64,000 nt of DNA. Origin: Octopus vulgaris. Its lineage: Eukaryota. Within the stretch, counting starts at the first letter, position 1, and each line of letters begins with the position of its first letter. The translations under genes and the position numbers were made by a program. The notes beneath the pieces are model-generated. The model had not been told where the DNA came from, did no database searches, and saw nothing but the letters and a program-made list of their open reading frames with translations. The stretch spans positions 67,456,001-67,520,000 of the forward strand of contig OX597820.1 of NCBI GenBank assembly GCA_951406725.2, given 5' to 3'. Shown here in pieces: positions 39,830 through 53,001 of this stretch.

Positions 39830-40630
39830 AGTAGCAGTGCTTATAGCTTTTGAAGGCCTTCCTAGATTGGTGAATTTCAAGTACTTGATATTCTGTTTTC
39901 TCTTCTGTGGATTTATGCCTGTAGGGAAATCGTGGGCAGCGAGGAAGCTGTAGATTATTGCAGGTTTCAAGAGTAAAAGATCAGCTTTGAGCTGTTTTTT
40001 TATTATTTTACTCTTGAAAACTGTATGGCTGAGAGATTGAAGTCCGATATGCAACAAGGCTGAAACATTTAGGGAAGAGACAAAGGAGAACTGAGACATT
40101 GAGTGCTGAAAGATTGTGGGCTTGCCACACTAGGGCTGAAAGGGAGTCGGACTGAGAGTTGAGAAGGTATCGATAATAAAATGACAAGTGAGAGTTACGT
40201 AGTTATTCTGGAAGAACAGGAGTTATTAAAGTTAGTAAGAAATTCTAGGGAGAGCTGAACAGTAGAAGGTCTTCAGAGAAGACGCCCCACCTCCACCACT
40301 CCATGCAAGTGTTTTGTTCCTTAATTTCTTACGCTCTGAGGGAGCCAGGCCGCCATGACTCCTGGGTACTCCACTGCTGCCACATTCTGCTCTACTTTCT
40401 TCATTGTAATATTCCTGGATGGTTAAGGGCCGCAGAACCAAGACATCTTGGGTATTGTAACCAGTCCATTCGAAAACCCCTTTACACGGTAGGGTAAAGT
40501 ACCCGTTTTGGAATTCACTTCCATTCCTCCTTGATCAGGGTTAGATGCAACACTTCTTAGTTGCTTGAAGAGACAACGAAGGATAGAATGCAACGGTGTG
40601 CTAAAGACTCAGAATGGTCGCGGATAAAAG
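39830..40630 (-). mobile_element. Decayed CR1/Crack/Jockey-like LINE ORF2 C-terminus
   Basis: Minus frames SHLSFYYRYLLNSQSDSLSALV and SFLAAHDFPTGINPQKRKQNIKYL resemble the LSLFYRY and NSLP..VFP...NLQ.FK..IN motifs; frameshifted. Confidence 0.5.
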
Positions 40631-40984
40631 TTTGCCAGTTAATTAGATGCTATTTCGTCTCTATGCATTTATGATAGTTAGTGCAGAGTCAACTGAGCGT
40701 TCGGACGAAAGGGCCTGGTGTTATTATTCTGGCTCTCTATGTTCACATTTCAAATCCAGCCGCAGTCAACTTTGCTTTGAGGCTTTTGGGATCAATAAGC
40801 AAACTAGACGTCTAGAACATTAGAGCAATAATTGTTACAGCTCTTTGCGTTCTGAGTTCAAATTCTACTGTGGCATATTTGGGTGGTAGACTTAATCTGT
40901 CACCCAGTTTAACATCAACGTCTGGTCCTTGGGTTTCTTTAGCGGCGCCTACTCTCCAGCAAGCATTATACGCAAGCGCGCACG

Positions 40985-41061
<77 letters not shown>

Positions 41062-41520
41062 ATAATCCGTCTCATATACATAGTGCATTGCATATGTTTC
41101 GTTTAATCGCCCATTTGGTGTACGTCCAAGGATAACGTCCGAGGCAAGTTCCCTACACAACGCTGAGTATTGAAGAACATCGAAGGTCCTAGATCAGGCA
41201 TGAAAACTCACTCCAAAGTGATCGAGAATGGTGGATACCGATATTTTGTCATTATTGTGGCTTATTAATACCATGTAATCGGATGACCTAGAAATGAAAT
41301 GAATTGCTGGTCTGTGACTTATAAGCAAAAATAGTTGTCCCGCCTAAACACATACATTATCTATAAGCAACAGATAATGTCTACATTACTAGAGCTGCTT
41401 TTAATTCGTAATTTAATATGTATATTAGCATGAAACTGACGGTAGCCTTAATCTACAAATAAAGTCTTTATCCATCAATATGGTGTTGAACACTCATTCT
41501 CATTCTTCGATATTTAAATA

Positions 41521-41941
41521 TTGTAATGATATTATCAGTCCGAATATGCTTTAAGCACGTTTGAAACGGCGAACAAGCTACTTACTGCGTTTTGTCACAG
41601 GAAATATATCCCGTTTGTTGACAAATGGTGTCTACCCATCACCGTCTATTGAGACCGTGAGACGCAAGCATTTCGGAGTAGTTATCTCCTCTTTGGTCAC
41701 GGACACCAGGCAGGTGGCGCTGTGAACTGATTGAAGGGACATTCTCTTACGCTTTTCCAGTTGCCATACGGCGACTGGCAGCGCTGTGCGGCGGCTCATC
41801 GGAAGTAAAGTACAGAGGGGGAGCACTAAGCAGGGATACGTAAAATTGTAATGTTATCACCAGTCCGAATATTGTTGAGGCACGGATGAACTGGTGTAGA
41901 AGTTACTCATTGTGTTTTGTCATGGAAAATATATCCCGTTT
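41521..41941 (+). mobile_element. Small LTR-like (TRIM-like) relic
   Basis: ~96-bp imperfect direct repeats 41521-41616 and 41846-41941; ...GACA-aa-TGGTGTC (PBS-like) after the first; AGAGGGGGAG (PPT-like) at 41814-41823. Confidence 0.5.
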
Positions 41942-42202
41942 ATATATATTTATGTGTATCTTTGTGTCTATGTTTGTCCTCCCACCATCACTTGACAACC
42001 GATGTTGGTGTGTTTGCGTCTCCGTAACTTAGCGTTTCGGCAAAAGTGACCGGTAGAATAAGTACTAGGCTTAAAAAGAATATGTTCTGGGGTTGGTTTC
42101 TTCGACTAAAAAAAAACTCTTTAAGGTGGTGTTCCATCGTGGCCGCAGTCAAATGACAGAAAGAAAAGATCCATCCATCCATCCATCCATCCATCCATCC
42201 AT

Positions 42203-42590
42203 ACAGTTGTCTTCTGGACGCCAATGTGGTTAGAAAAATACGAGAGAAACAGGACTTCTATGGACTATTGTCAAGGAGTTTTCAAATCCAGTACCCAAGA
42301 TAGACTTTCAGTTTGAAACCTATTATTACTGGAGCAACAGGATACAAACAAAATCGTCTAACGCTAAGTATGGTTGAACTTGGGATCTTGGGGGTGGAGG
42401 TAGGGAAGAACGCAAATCCATAATTCATACACTACAAATGAGAACGATACCTGGAACTATAAAAACTATGCAAGACCTTCTTAAGATTTTAAAGAATGAT
42501 GGTTAAAGCAAGATGCTTTCATTCACGATCTTTTTACAAAGTAGGTGGCCGGTCAAAATTTACTCCAAATTAAAAAGAGAAAAACATATA
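42203..42590 (+). mobile_element. Second decayed R4/Dong-like RLE 3' fragment
   Basis: SCLLDANVVRKIREKQDFYGLLSRSFQIQYPR*TFSLKPIITGATGY, colinear with the 15.6-15.9 kb peptide; flanked by (CATC)n and (TACA)n. Confidence 0.65.
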
Positions 42591-42690
42591 CATACATGCA
42601 TGCATGCATACATACATACATACATACATACATACATACATACATACATACATACATACATACACGCATACATACATATATACATACATA

Positions 42691-43082
42691 AGGAAGGAAG
42701 GAAGCACTCCGTCGGTTACGACGACGAGGGTTCCGGTTGATCCGAATCAACGGAACAGCCTGCTCGTGAAATTAACGTGTAAGTGGCTGAGAACTCCACA
42801 GACACGTGTACCCTTAACGTAGTTCTCGGGGATATTCAGCGTGACACAGAGAGTGACAAGGCCGGCCCTTTGAAAATACAGGTACAAGAGAAACAGGAAG
42901 TAAGAGTGAGAGAAAGTTGTGGTTAAAGAGTACAGCAGGGATCACCACCATCCCCTGCCGGAGCCTCGTGGAGCTTTAGGTGTTTTCGCTCAATAAACAC
43001 TCACAACGCCCGGTCTGGGAATCGAAACCGCGATCCTCCGACCGCGAGTCCGCTGCCCTAACCACTGGGCCATTGCGCCTCC
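42691..43082 (-). mobile_element. tRNA-derived SINE (distinct head and body, shared tail)
   Basis: Head GGAGGCGCAATGGCCCAGTGGTTAGGGCAGCGGACTCGCGG..TTCGATTCCC; tail shared with 43365-43500 and 20952-21125; (CTTC)n end. Confidence 0.85.
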
Positions 43083-43224
43083 ATATACATACATACATAC
43101 ATACATACAAGCAAACATACATATAAGAGGGAATTTTTTTTGTTTGTGTGTTAAAGTTACCATTGGTTTCATAATCTTAGCAATTTTTCAAACATACATC
43201 TATAGATAGATAGATAGAATGTTA

Positions 43225-43500
43225 AAGGTGCGTGGCTTAGTGGTTAGGGCATTCAGCTCACGATCGTCAGGCCGTGAGTTCAATTCCCGGCGACGTGTTG
43301 TGTCCTTGAGCAAGACACTTTATTTTCCGTTGTTCCAGTTCATTCAGCTGGCAAAGTATTGCTTGTATTTCAAAGGGCCAGCTTTGTCACACTCTGTGTC
43401 ACGCTGAATCTGTCTGAGAACTACGTTAAGGGTACACGTGTCTGTGGAGTGCTCAGCCACTTGCACGTTAATTTCACGAGCAAGCTGTTCCGTTGATCGT
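43225..43500 (+). mobile_element. CORE-like tRNA SINE
   Basis: TGGCTTAGTGG A box, GTTCAATTCC B box, GTGTCCTTGAGCAAGACACTT core. Confidence 0.85.
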
Positions 43501-43512
43501 GTATATATATAT

Positions 43513-44190
43513 AAACATAAATAATTTTAGGGTAATAAGAATTATAGAAATTATTATTACCAGTGGCTTAGAACAAAAAATTAGTCAATAGACTATATAC
43601 TATTCACATAAAAATATCGTGTACAATAAAACACATCAAGAGGCTTCCAAATAGGAAAGCCTTGTGCTAGAAAGAGCAGTAGAAAACTCAAACCACTAAT
43701 TAGGAATAAATTCTCGAAAGGAATGAAAATTAAAAACATTTACCATCTAATTTAGTTCCTAGACCATGGTTTCTGACTAATTTCAGTAAAAAAATATTTA
43801 CTGAGGCCAGTCTTCATCAGTAGGTAGCCTTTAGATTTTAAATATACACGCAACGAGATGCGCATGTTAACTCGTTGCCTGTATATTCTAACCTTTCAAA
43901 TCCACTGCGCAGATGCAGTTTATTTCCGGCGACAGAGAGGATGCCGGTAAAACTTCGAACAAATTTATCAAAAAATATTTAAACATAATAAATAATATTA
44001 GGGTAATAAGAATTATAGAAATTATTATTACCAGTGGCCTAGCACAAAAAAATTAGTCAATATATATATTATTCACATAAAAATATCGTGTACATTAAAA
44101 CACATTAAGCGGCTTCCAAATAGGCTTTCATATTTGGAAGCCTCTTAAAGTGTTTAGAAAAGTTAGAATATACAGGCAACGAGTTTACAT
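43513..44190 (-). mobile_element. Penelope/retrozyme-like partial tandem around the HHR
   Basis: ~143-bp direct repeats 43513-43655 and 43981-44124 (period ~468 bp), plus a short inverted copy 44162-44186 of 43864-43892. Confidence 0.6.
43758..43824 (-). ncRNA. Type I hammerhead ribozyme with intact catalytic core
   Basis: CCTA-CTGATGA-A-GACTGGccTCAGTAAAtatttTTTACTGAaaTTAGTC-A-GAAA-CCATGG-TC-TAGG: stem I CCTA/TAGG, long stem II, palindromic stem III ACCATGGT, GUC site. Confidence 0.8.
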
Positions 44191-44611
44191 TTATATTTTT
44201 TATTTTATAAAATATTATATATTTTAAAGTTTATATTTTTTCTATTTTCTTTAACATGAAACCAATGGTAACTTTAACACACACATAAAGAAATTCTATC
44301 CACCAATGCAGTGTTGAGCACTTATTTTCATCGTTCAACACACACACACACACACACAGAGGTGTGTGTGTGTATACGCGTTTGTGTACAAGCATACATA
44401 CACACACATATGTATTTCAAGACAACGAAATAATATTAGTGAGATCTGTTGTTGGTCACAGCGAAAATCTGGAGCATGAGACCACACCATGGTGCCTGCC
44501 TACAGACAGGTGGCACGAACAAATTTATGCAAACCTAGGTAGTAGACATACAAACGTGCCAATTTTACCTATTTCTCTGTAGACAGAAAAAAAAAGCAAA
44601 ACTAAATAACA

Positions 44612-44656
44612 ACCTTAATCTATTTTCGATCCTTATTGGAGTCTCATCAGAAGAGT
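44612..44656 (-). ncRNA. Degenerate hammerhead motif
   Basis: ACTCTT-CTGATGA-GAcTCC aataa GGATC-GAAA-ATAGATT-AAGGT. Confidence 0.55.
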
Positions 44657-44785
44657 CTACATCCCGTGATCAATCCCACAAAAACAGATTATCATTCTGT
44701 TTATATACATGTGAAATCTAGTAACTACAGTGAACTGGATCTACTAATTTGCATATCATTAGTGTTTAACTCTTCATTTGATATC

Positions 44786-45204
44786 TATTTTTTTTATTAC
44801 CCACAAGGGGCTAAACATAGAGGGGACAAACAAGGACAGACAAAAGTATTAAGTCGATTACATCGACCCCAGTGCGTAACTGGTACTTATTTAATCGACT
44901 CCGAAAGGATGAAAGGCAAAGTCGACCTCGGCGGAATTTGATCTCAGAACGTAGCGGCAGACGAAATACCTATTTCTTTATTACCCACAAGGGGCTAAAC
45001 ACAGAGGGGACAAACAAGGACAGACAAAGGTATTAAGTCGATTACATCGACCCCAGTGCGTAACTGGTACTTATTTAATCGACCCCCGAAAGGATGAAAG
45101 GCAAAGTCGACCTCGGCGGAATTTGATCTCAGAACGTAGCGGCGGACGAAATACCGCTAAGCATTTCGCCCGACGTGCTAACGTTTCTGCCAGCTCGCCG
45201 TCTT
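44786..45204 (-). mobile_element. SINE B dimer with a single 15-bp TSD pair
   Basis: One head plus two ~180-bp bodies; TCTTCATTTGATATC at 44771-44785 and 45206-45220. Confidence 0.9.
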
Positions 45205-46109
45205 GTCTTCATTTGATATCACCAGCCTAGTGTTTCAGGCATAGGCATGAACCGCTAAAACAGAGACGGTGAGAGGCGAAATGCGAACCGCCGGCTACTT
45301 CGAGTTATAGCTTGAAACACCGCCATCACGTCGGCTGGGCTGTGACGTTCAAATACCATAGCAATAAGGAATACTTTCCTTTTTTTCCACTTTAGTGATT
45401 TTTGCATACCTTTTTAACCTCAAAATAAATGGATATGCCAGTGTCATCAATACCACTACTACTATGACTGTTGTTACTATTACTGATATCACCATCGTCA
45501 TCGTCGTCGCCATCATCATTATATTTATATAATCACTGAAGCAAACCATTGCAACATTTTAATTTGCTAATCAGTCATGAAATCAAGTACACAATCATCT
45601 TGTTATGTAAAAACTTAATCAACCAAGTGACCGTACAAATAAGCAATAATGCCATCCCTCTTAGGCCTTAATTTTTCTGTATCATATGAGATTAGTTTCT
45701 AGATGAAGTGAATATAGAAAGAAAGAAAAAAAAAAGGCGATGAAGGAAAAAGGAAAAAAAAATTAACAAATTATTACAATCATATATGTAGGTATGCCTG
45801 TATTGCTAAAAGCATATAAATTCCTATTTGAATGTAAATTCATGTGAATATATATGGTACATACATACATATATACATAAATACATACATACATACATAC
45901 ATACATACACGCACACAAATATATACATACACATACGTATATAAATATATGTGTGTGTGTGTATGTAGATATACATGTCTACCTGCATCCATACATATAT
46001 GTGTGCGTACATATAAATATATATGCATGTAAAATGTATATAGCTATATGCAAACATATACATATGTATTTGTGTGCGTATATATGCAGAAACATACATA
46101 CATACATAC

Positions 46110-46187
<78 letters not shown>

Positions 46188-46228
46188 GTCTATCTATACA
46201 CACACACAATATATGTGTATGTATATAG

Positions 46229-46400
<172 letters not shown>

Positions 46401-47304
46401 CACACGCACACACATCTGTATATATCTTAATACATAAACGTAATCTAGTCCTACAATTGCATACATATCCATTCTATTTAAATATCGGGATTTATTCCTG
46501 CGGACTTTGGGGGTTATGGAAGAAAACTCTTCTATAGTGGCAGACCCTTAGTTTTGCAATTTATCCGATTCCGACAACAATTATTTCTCGTTATGAGGGC
46601 AAAAAGAAAATTAGTAAGGAACGTCGATCTAACAATCCTAAAAGGAAAGGAATTAAGGTATAAAAATACTTAGGTTTCATTTGATTTTTTTTTTTAATAA
46701 ACACGTAATAGAAGTTGAGAAGAAATAGTGGTCATTTCTTGGGTGGTGGTATCGCTGCTAGTAATGGTAGTGGTGTTAGCGGTTGGGGGTGGTGAGGGAA
46801 GACAGTGATGGGTGTTAGTGATGGCGGTGGGTGGGTGTGGTTGTGATGGTAGGCATCTCCATTTCTTTCCACTTCTGTTAAAAACCGCCTGAATGTTTGA
46901 CGTATTTTCAATTGTGTTCGAATGTCCGGTCGTTGCCCCAAGATTCTTGTGGAACTAACAAGATTACTTTTGACCACCCCCATCACCCAAAAATAGATTT
47001 TTATATTAATAGCTTCACGCAGTTGCCCCTGGTAGGGAAGTCATTTAACATCTGTAGAAAACTTCTTCTGCACGCATGACTCATCCATGAGGAGTTTGTT
47101 TCATGGTTAAATTATAGTGCAATTATTGCCCTGGTGTAATTTCAAGTATAATAGAATTTTTATTAATAATTTACTTATATATATATATATATCTTAAAAG
47201 AAATTATTTATATATATATGTATTTATGTATTTATGTGTGTATATATTATATACATACACACACATACTATATCTATATGTGTGTGTGTGTTTTCATGTT
47301 TGGA

Positions 47305-47337
<33 letters not shown>

Positions 47338-47748
47338 GGCGTAGGAGTGGCTGTGTGGTAAGTAGCTTGCTTACCAACCACATGGTTCCGGGTTCAGTCC
47401 CACTGAGTGGCACCTTGGGCAAGTGTCTTCTACTATAGCCTCGGCCCGACCAAAGCCTTGTGAGTGGATTTGGTTGACGGAAACTGAAAGAAGCCCGTCG
47501 TATATATGTATATATATATGTGTGTGTGTGTGTGCGTGTGTGTATGTTTGTGTGTCTGTGTTTGTCCCCCAACATCACTTGACAACCGATGCTGGTGTGT
47601 TTACGTTCCCGTAACTTAGCGGTTCGGCAAAATAGACCGATAGAATAAGTACTAGGCTTACAAATAATAAGTCCTGGGATCGATTTGCTCGACTAAAGGC
47701 GGTGCTCCAGCATGGTCACAGTGAAATGACTGAAACAAGTAAAAGAGT
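47338..47748 (+). mobile_element. SINE family A full copy
   Basis: Family consensus. Confidence 0.9.
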
Positions 47749-49759
47749 ATATGTACACACACACACACACACACACACACGTATGTATGTATTTTAATGC
47801 TGCACCTCTTTCTAGAACTTTTTCTCAGGAATAGATAAAATTAAAGCACCATTAATAATATATATTGATTAGTTTTGATTTGATATATCATAAATATATA
47901 GAGGGGCGAAGGAATTTGTGATGTTCATGGTAGTCAGAAAAGCATTAGAGACGTAAACGAAATTATCTGCTTTTGGTTCAGACTATTGGAAACTTAACTG
48001 ATATTACGTTTTAATTTCTTTTTTATTTTATATTTTTTTTGTTTTCAGCCGAGTCAGGGATCAGAACAGAATGATGGATAATACTAATGAAAATCTTGCA
48101 AGGACCATGGGAAGAGAAGAAGATCTATCGTATTATCTTCAGACTGTGACCCTGGTTCGAACGCTTACAATAAAATCAACCCGCGCATCCAAGAGTGACA
48201 AATTAGGTCTACCAACCAAAATGGTTAACTGACAGTTAAATCATCGTAGCATCAGGCTAAATTTGAAAGGATGTCTGTGACAGCATAATCTATAGAACAC
48301 ATCCTTTTGGTATTCATCTACTCGTCTCTAGGATGAAAACTACGTTAAACTCTTGCAGGATTTGAACTTACAGCATAGAATAACATTCACGTGATATATT
48401 AGATTCTTCTTCTTCTTCTTCTTCTAATTTCTTCTTCTTCTTCTTCTATTAAGTAATCAATGGCCTTGAACTGTCCTTACTCAAATAAAGATGCCAACTC
48501 ATTTTGGTGTTCAAATGTTTTTATTTTATTTTACCCGAAACACCAAGAACAAATACAAGGGCGGGATTTACTCTCAGAGTAAATAGCGCCAACTGTTTAT
48601 GAATACCAACTTCAAATAACACTACTTACTCCATTAACAATCAAAGTTCACCAGTTATTTCTTATACTAGTCATCAAAATCAGAGAAAGAAATTGTAAAA
48701 TACATACTTGCCAGCTAGTCAGGCATTTTACAATATTTTGCTATCGTGACCCATTTTAGCAAATCAGTAATTACCTTGATCTTTTTTCTTTTTTTTTTTG
48801 GAGTGTACCACTTAGCATTGTATATTTATTTTCGGAATTATTAATGAATTTTTCTTTACTATAAATGTTGCAATAATTTATTATATAACATACTCGTGAA
48901 TGTATTCTTTCGTTTTTTTTTTGAACCCTAAGATCACAAGGCAGGATACCTGTTTCCCTGATGTGTAAGTGATCGAGATCCCAACGTTCCCTGGCACTGG
49001 ACATTCGTCTGTTGCAGGGTTGAAGGCCAGTAATTTTGAGGAGAACAGACAAATCGATTATATCGATCACAGTAACTTGACTGGTATTTTATTTCTTGGA
49101 CGCGAAAAGGGATGAAAGGAAAGGCAAAGTTGACCTCGGCGGGATTTGAACTCAGAACGTAAAAAGCCGGAAGAAATATAGCTAATCATTTCATCCGACG
49201 TGCAAATAATTTTGCCAGCTCGTCACCTTTAAGAGCATGGTACATTTTACTAGAATTTTCGGAAGTAAATGTTTGTCTTCATGAGCTTTTTAGAATTATA
49301 TATTGATCACACTCTGGTATGGATTAGTTTTTGCTAAGCACAGACCAACACCAATTAAATCAGATTCCGAATTTTATAGTATCTCCATAAACAGTTTGAA
49401 TTGTATGGGTATCATCGAACTCTGGCAGAAAGCTTGGCCAGGATTTGAACATTTTACTACGAACTAATGTATTATCCGTCAGTTTTAAAGCACTGCAACT
49501 AATGATGTTCTGCTGTTCCTACGGAATACCTCTTTACTGTTATGCTGACACATTGATAAGATATCAACCCTCCAATATGTTGTGTTCTATCAGCTCCGTA
49601 ATCCTAGATATCCTACATGTAATTAAAGTCTTTAGAGATGCTCTATTTTTATTGGATTCATCACCATCTCATAGATAAGAGGTTGCCTCATGTATAACAA
49701 TAAATAGCGTTACGCTGGTTTGATTATTTGAATCACTTTTATTAATATTTCGTTATATA

Positions 49760-50390
49760 AAGGCGACGAACTGGTAGAATCGTTAACACGCCGAGTAAAA
49801 TGCTTAGCTGCATTTCGTCCGTCTTTATGTTCTAAGTTCAAATTCCGCCGAGGTCCACTTTGCCCGTCATTCTTTCGGGGTCGATAAAATAAATACCAGT
49901 TAAATAGGCGCAGGAGTGGCTGTGTGGTAAGTAGCTTGCTTACCAACCACATGGTTCCGGGTTCAGTCCCACTGCGTGGCATCTTGGGCAAGTGTCTTCT
50001 GCTATAGCCTCGGGCCGACCAATGCCTTGTGAGTGGATTTGGTAGACGGAAACTGAAAGAAGCCTGTCGTATATATGTATATATATATGTATGTGTATGT
50101 GTGTGTATGTGTTTGTGTGTCTGTGTTTGTCCCCCTAGCATTGCTTGACAACCGATGCTGGTGTGTTTATGTCTCCGTCACTTAGCGGTTCGGCAAAAGA
50201 GACCGATAGAATAAGTACTAGGCTTACAAAGAATAAGTCCCGGGGTCGATTTGCTCGACTAAAGGCGGTGCTCCAGCATGGCCGCAGTCAAATGACTGAA
50301 ACAAGTAAAAGAAAAGAAAAAGAAAGAAAATACTGGGTCAATGTAATCGAATCTCCCCTCACCCGGAATTTCTGGTCTTCGACCAAAATT
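49760..50390 (+). mobile_element. SINE B interrupted by a full SINE A (49906-50330)
   Basis: SINE B sequence breaks at ...ACCAGTTAAATA and resumes ...AAATACTGGGTCAATGTAATCGA after SINE A. Confidence 0.8.
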
Positions 50391-50802
50391 TAAAATCAGT
50401 ATTTCATTATATAAAGAAGTAACTATTATGTGCTTTCTAACACGTAGGTTTTAACTTACATAATTTTAAACTGTATAAATGAATAACCTTAAGAACATGT
50501 CAAGTGTGTCTATCAGTCTGAGGTCAAAATTGCACACTATAATTAGAATGGTTCAGCATAATAACTCGCTATGTCACAGACATGAAGCTGACATTTCTAT
50601 CGACAATTCTTTTTGTTAATTTATACGCAATTTCACATGCCAGTTCCAGATTTTAAAGATTTATTCAATTCATGTTAATTGCATGTAGATGCACTAACAT
50701 TTACTGAATCGCCTGTAGAATTGACAACGTTTTGTATCCAGTTACTATTTCTGCCTTGTATTTATGGCTGAGATACTTCGGATTCCATATTCTTTGGTAC
50801 AA

Positions 50803-51228
50803 ACCACATGGTTCCAGGTTTAGTTCCACTGAGTGGCATCTTGGGCAAGTGTCTTCAACTATGGCTTCGGGCTGCCTTGTGAGTGGATTTGGCAGACGGA
50901 AACTGAAAGAAGCCCGTCATATATATATACTCCTTTACTTGTTTCATTTATGCGGCTGCGGTATACATACATACATACATACATACATACATACATACAT
51001 ACATACGTGTGTGTGTGTCTATGTTTGTCCTCCCACCATCGCTTGACAACCGGTGTTGGTGTGTTTACGTCCGCGTAACTTAGCGGTTCGGCAAAAGAGA
51101 ACAGTAGAATAAGTACTAGGCTTACAAAGAATAAGTCCTGGGGTCAATTTCTTTGACTAAAAAACCTTTTAAGGTGGTGCTCCAGCGTGGCCGCAATCAA
51201 ATCACTGAAACAAGAAAAAGAATGAAAA
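50803..51228 (+). mobile_element. SINE family A copy (5'-truncated, rearranged)
   Basis: Family consensus with a small inverted tail fragment at ~50930-50960. Confidence 0.8.
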
Positions 51229-51889
51229 AAATCCATCATTTTTTTAATATACGATTATTATAAGTAGTTATAACTCACCGAAGTCGTGGGGGCCATGTTG
51301 ATTCATAATGCTTTTATAGGATTACAACAGAATTACTGAGATTAATACTATCCCCACTACTGCCAATGCGAAATAAAAATTCTTTGAAGAAATTTGATTA
51401 ATTGAAGGCATTTAATATTACTCTGGTTCATTTGGTATTTCATTTCAGGTATTTGGTTATATTTCATTAAATAAGTTTATTTTTTGGAAGCAGATAACTA
51501 ATGGTTGAATTTATTTATCATTTGTAACTTCGATGGAGAAGGAAAATAATTACAATTATTTACGAATCTATGGTTAGCATTTGTTGACGGCTTCAAATCC
51601 ACGTTTGAATTCAGATCAGTACACGTAACCTCGTTTATCACTGATTCATTCTTCACTGATCCAATGTAACACGGTTTGCTCACTTGTTAATCGTATTACG
51701 CTTTTCACACACTGACCTGTGATGACACAGTCTAGCGATCTGTTGAAGGTTCTGCTTGTATCGCAAAAACATACCCAAACATCCACCCCACCAATGCTCA
51801 GCTACCCAGAATGTATTGACTACCGTTTATGTTTACATGACCGTGCTGCATGTTTGTATTTTTTATACGGATTTACATAATTGTACCCA

Positions 51890-52640
51890 TCAACGCGAGA
51901 CCAGTGAACAGAAAAATACGAAGGCATCTGATCCAAACAGACGATGGAGACGAGTGTACTCTTTAGAGGAAAAGGTAGAAATGATCAAGAAAATACGTGA
52001 CGATGTATCGCGAGTTTGATGTCAATGAATCTACCATTCATTCCATTTTAGGGCGACGAGCGTTGTGAGTTCAAATTCCGCCAAGGTCGACTTTGCCTTT
52101 CATCCTTTCGGGGTCGATAAATTAAGTACCAGTTACGCACTGGGGTCGATGTAATCGACTTAATACCTGTCTGTCCTTGTTTGTCCCCTCTATGTTTAGC
52201 CCCTTGTGGGTAATAAAGAAATAGGTATTTCATCTGTCGCTACGTTCTGAGTTCAAATTCCGCCAAGGTCGACTTTGCCTTTCATCCTTTCGGGGTCGAT
52301 TAAATAAGTACTAGTTACGCACTGGGGTCGATGTAATCGACTTAATCCATCTGTATGTCCTTGTTTGTCTCCTCTGTGTTTAGCCCCTTGTGGGTAATAA
52401 GGAAATAAGGTATTTCGTCTGCCGCTACGTTCTGAGTTCAAATTCCACCGAGGTCGACTATGCCTTTCATCCTTTCGGGGTCGATAAATTAAGTATCAGT
52501 TACGCACTGGGGTCGATGTAATCGACTTAATCCCTTTGTCTGTACTTGTTTGTCCCCCTCTATGTTTAGTCCTTTGTTGGCAATAAAGAAATAAGAATCT
52601 ACCATTCATTCTATTTACTAACAACATGGAAATGATTCCT
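51890..52640 (+). pseudogene. pogo/Tigger (CENP-B-type HTH) transposase N-terminal relic, interrupted by a SINE B trimer
   Basis: RRWRRVYSLEEKVEMIKK...(frameshift)REFDVNESTIHSI, matching the R..LTLEEK..II...IAR.FGVNESTI..I pattern. Confidence 0.65.
52050..52594 (+). mobile_element. SINE B trimer with TSD
   Basis: Three ~183-bp bodies after one shortened head; GAATCTACCATTCATTC at 52027-52043 and 52595-52611. Confidence 0.9.
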
Positions 52641-53001
52641 TTAACCCATTCATTTATCACTGTGTTGTTCTGGAACCAAACTCCTGTGATAAATGGCGAT
52701 AGATGTATTTTACGTTACAGTTGCATGCTTCCCAATAGATTTCATAATTAGTAAAATCAGCGGGAGTTCAATACCCTCCTTAGTATGAAATGAATTTCTT
52801 ATATTAAGTGATTCTGATCAGCCGGAAGCAGCATGTCTTTTTTATTTATATATATCGGAAATAACACTGAACTATATATCCACCTTCTTAAAGACGGTAG
52901 GGTGTTACTTGGTGGAGATTTGCCTGCTATTTCTAACCGGTCGAGCGCTATGTAGAAGTTCTGTTCTTAACCCGTCTATTCCTGTGTTTATGCAGCTTGT
53001 A

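Noticed and set aside
51498-51760. Minus-strand short ORF in unique-looking sequence
   Set aside because: No recognisable motif or convincing splice sites.
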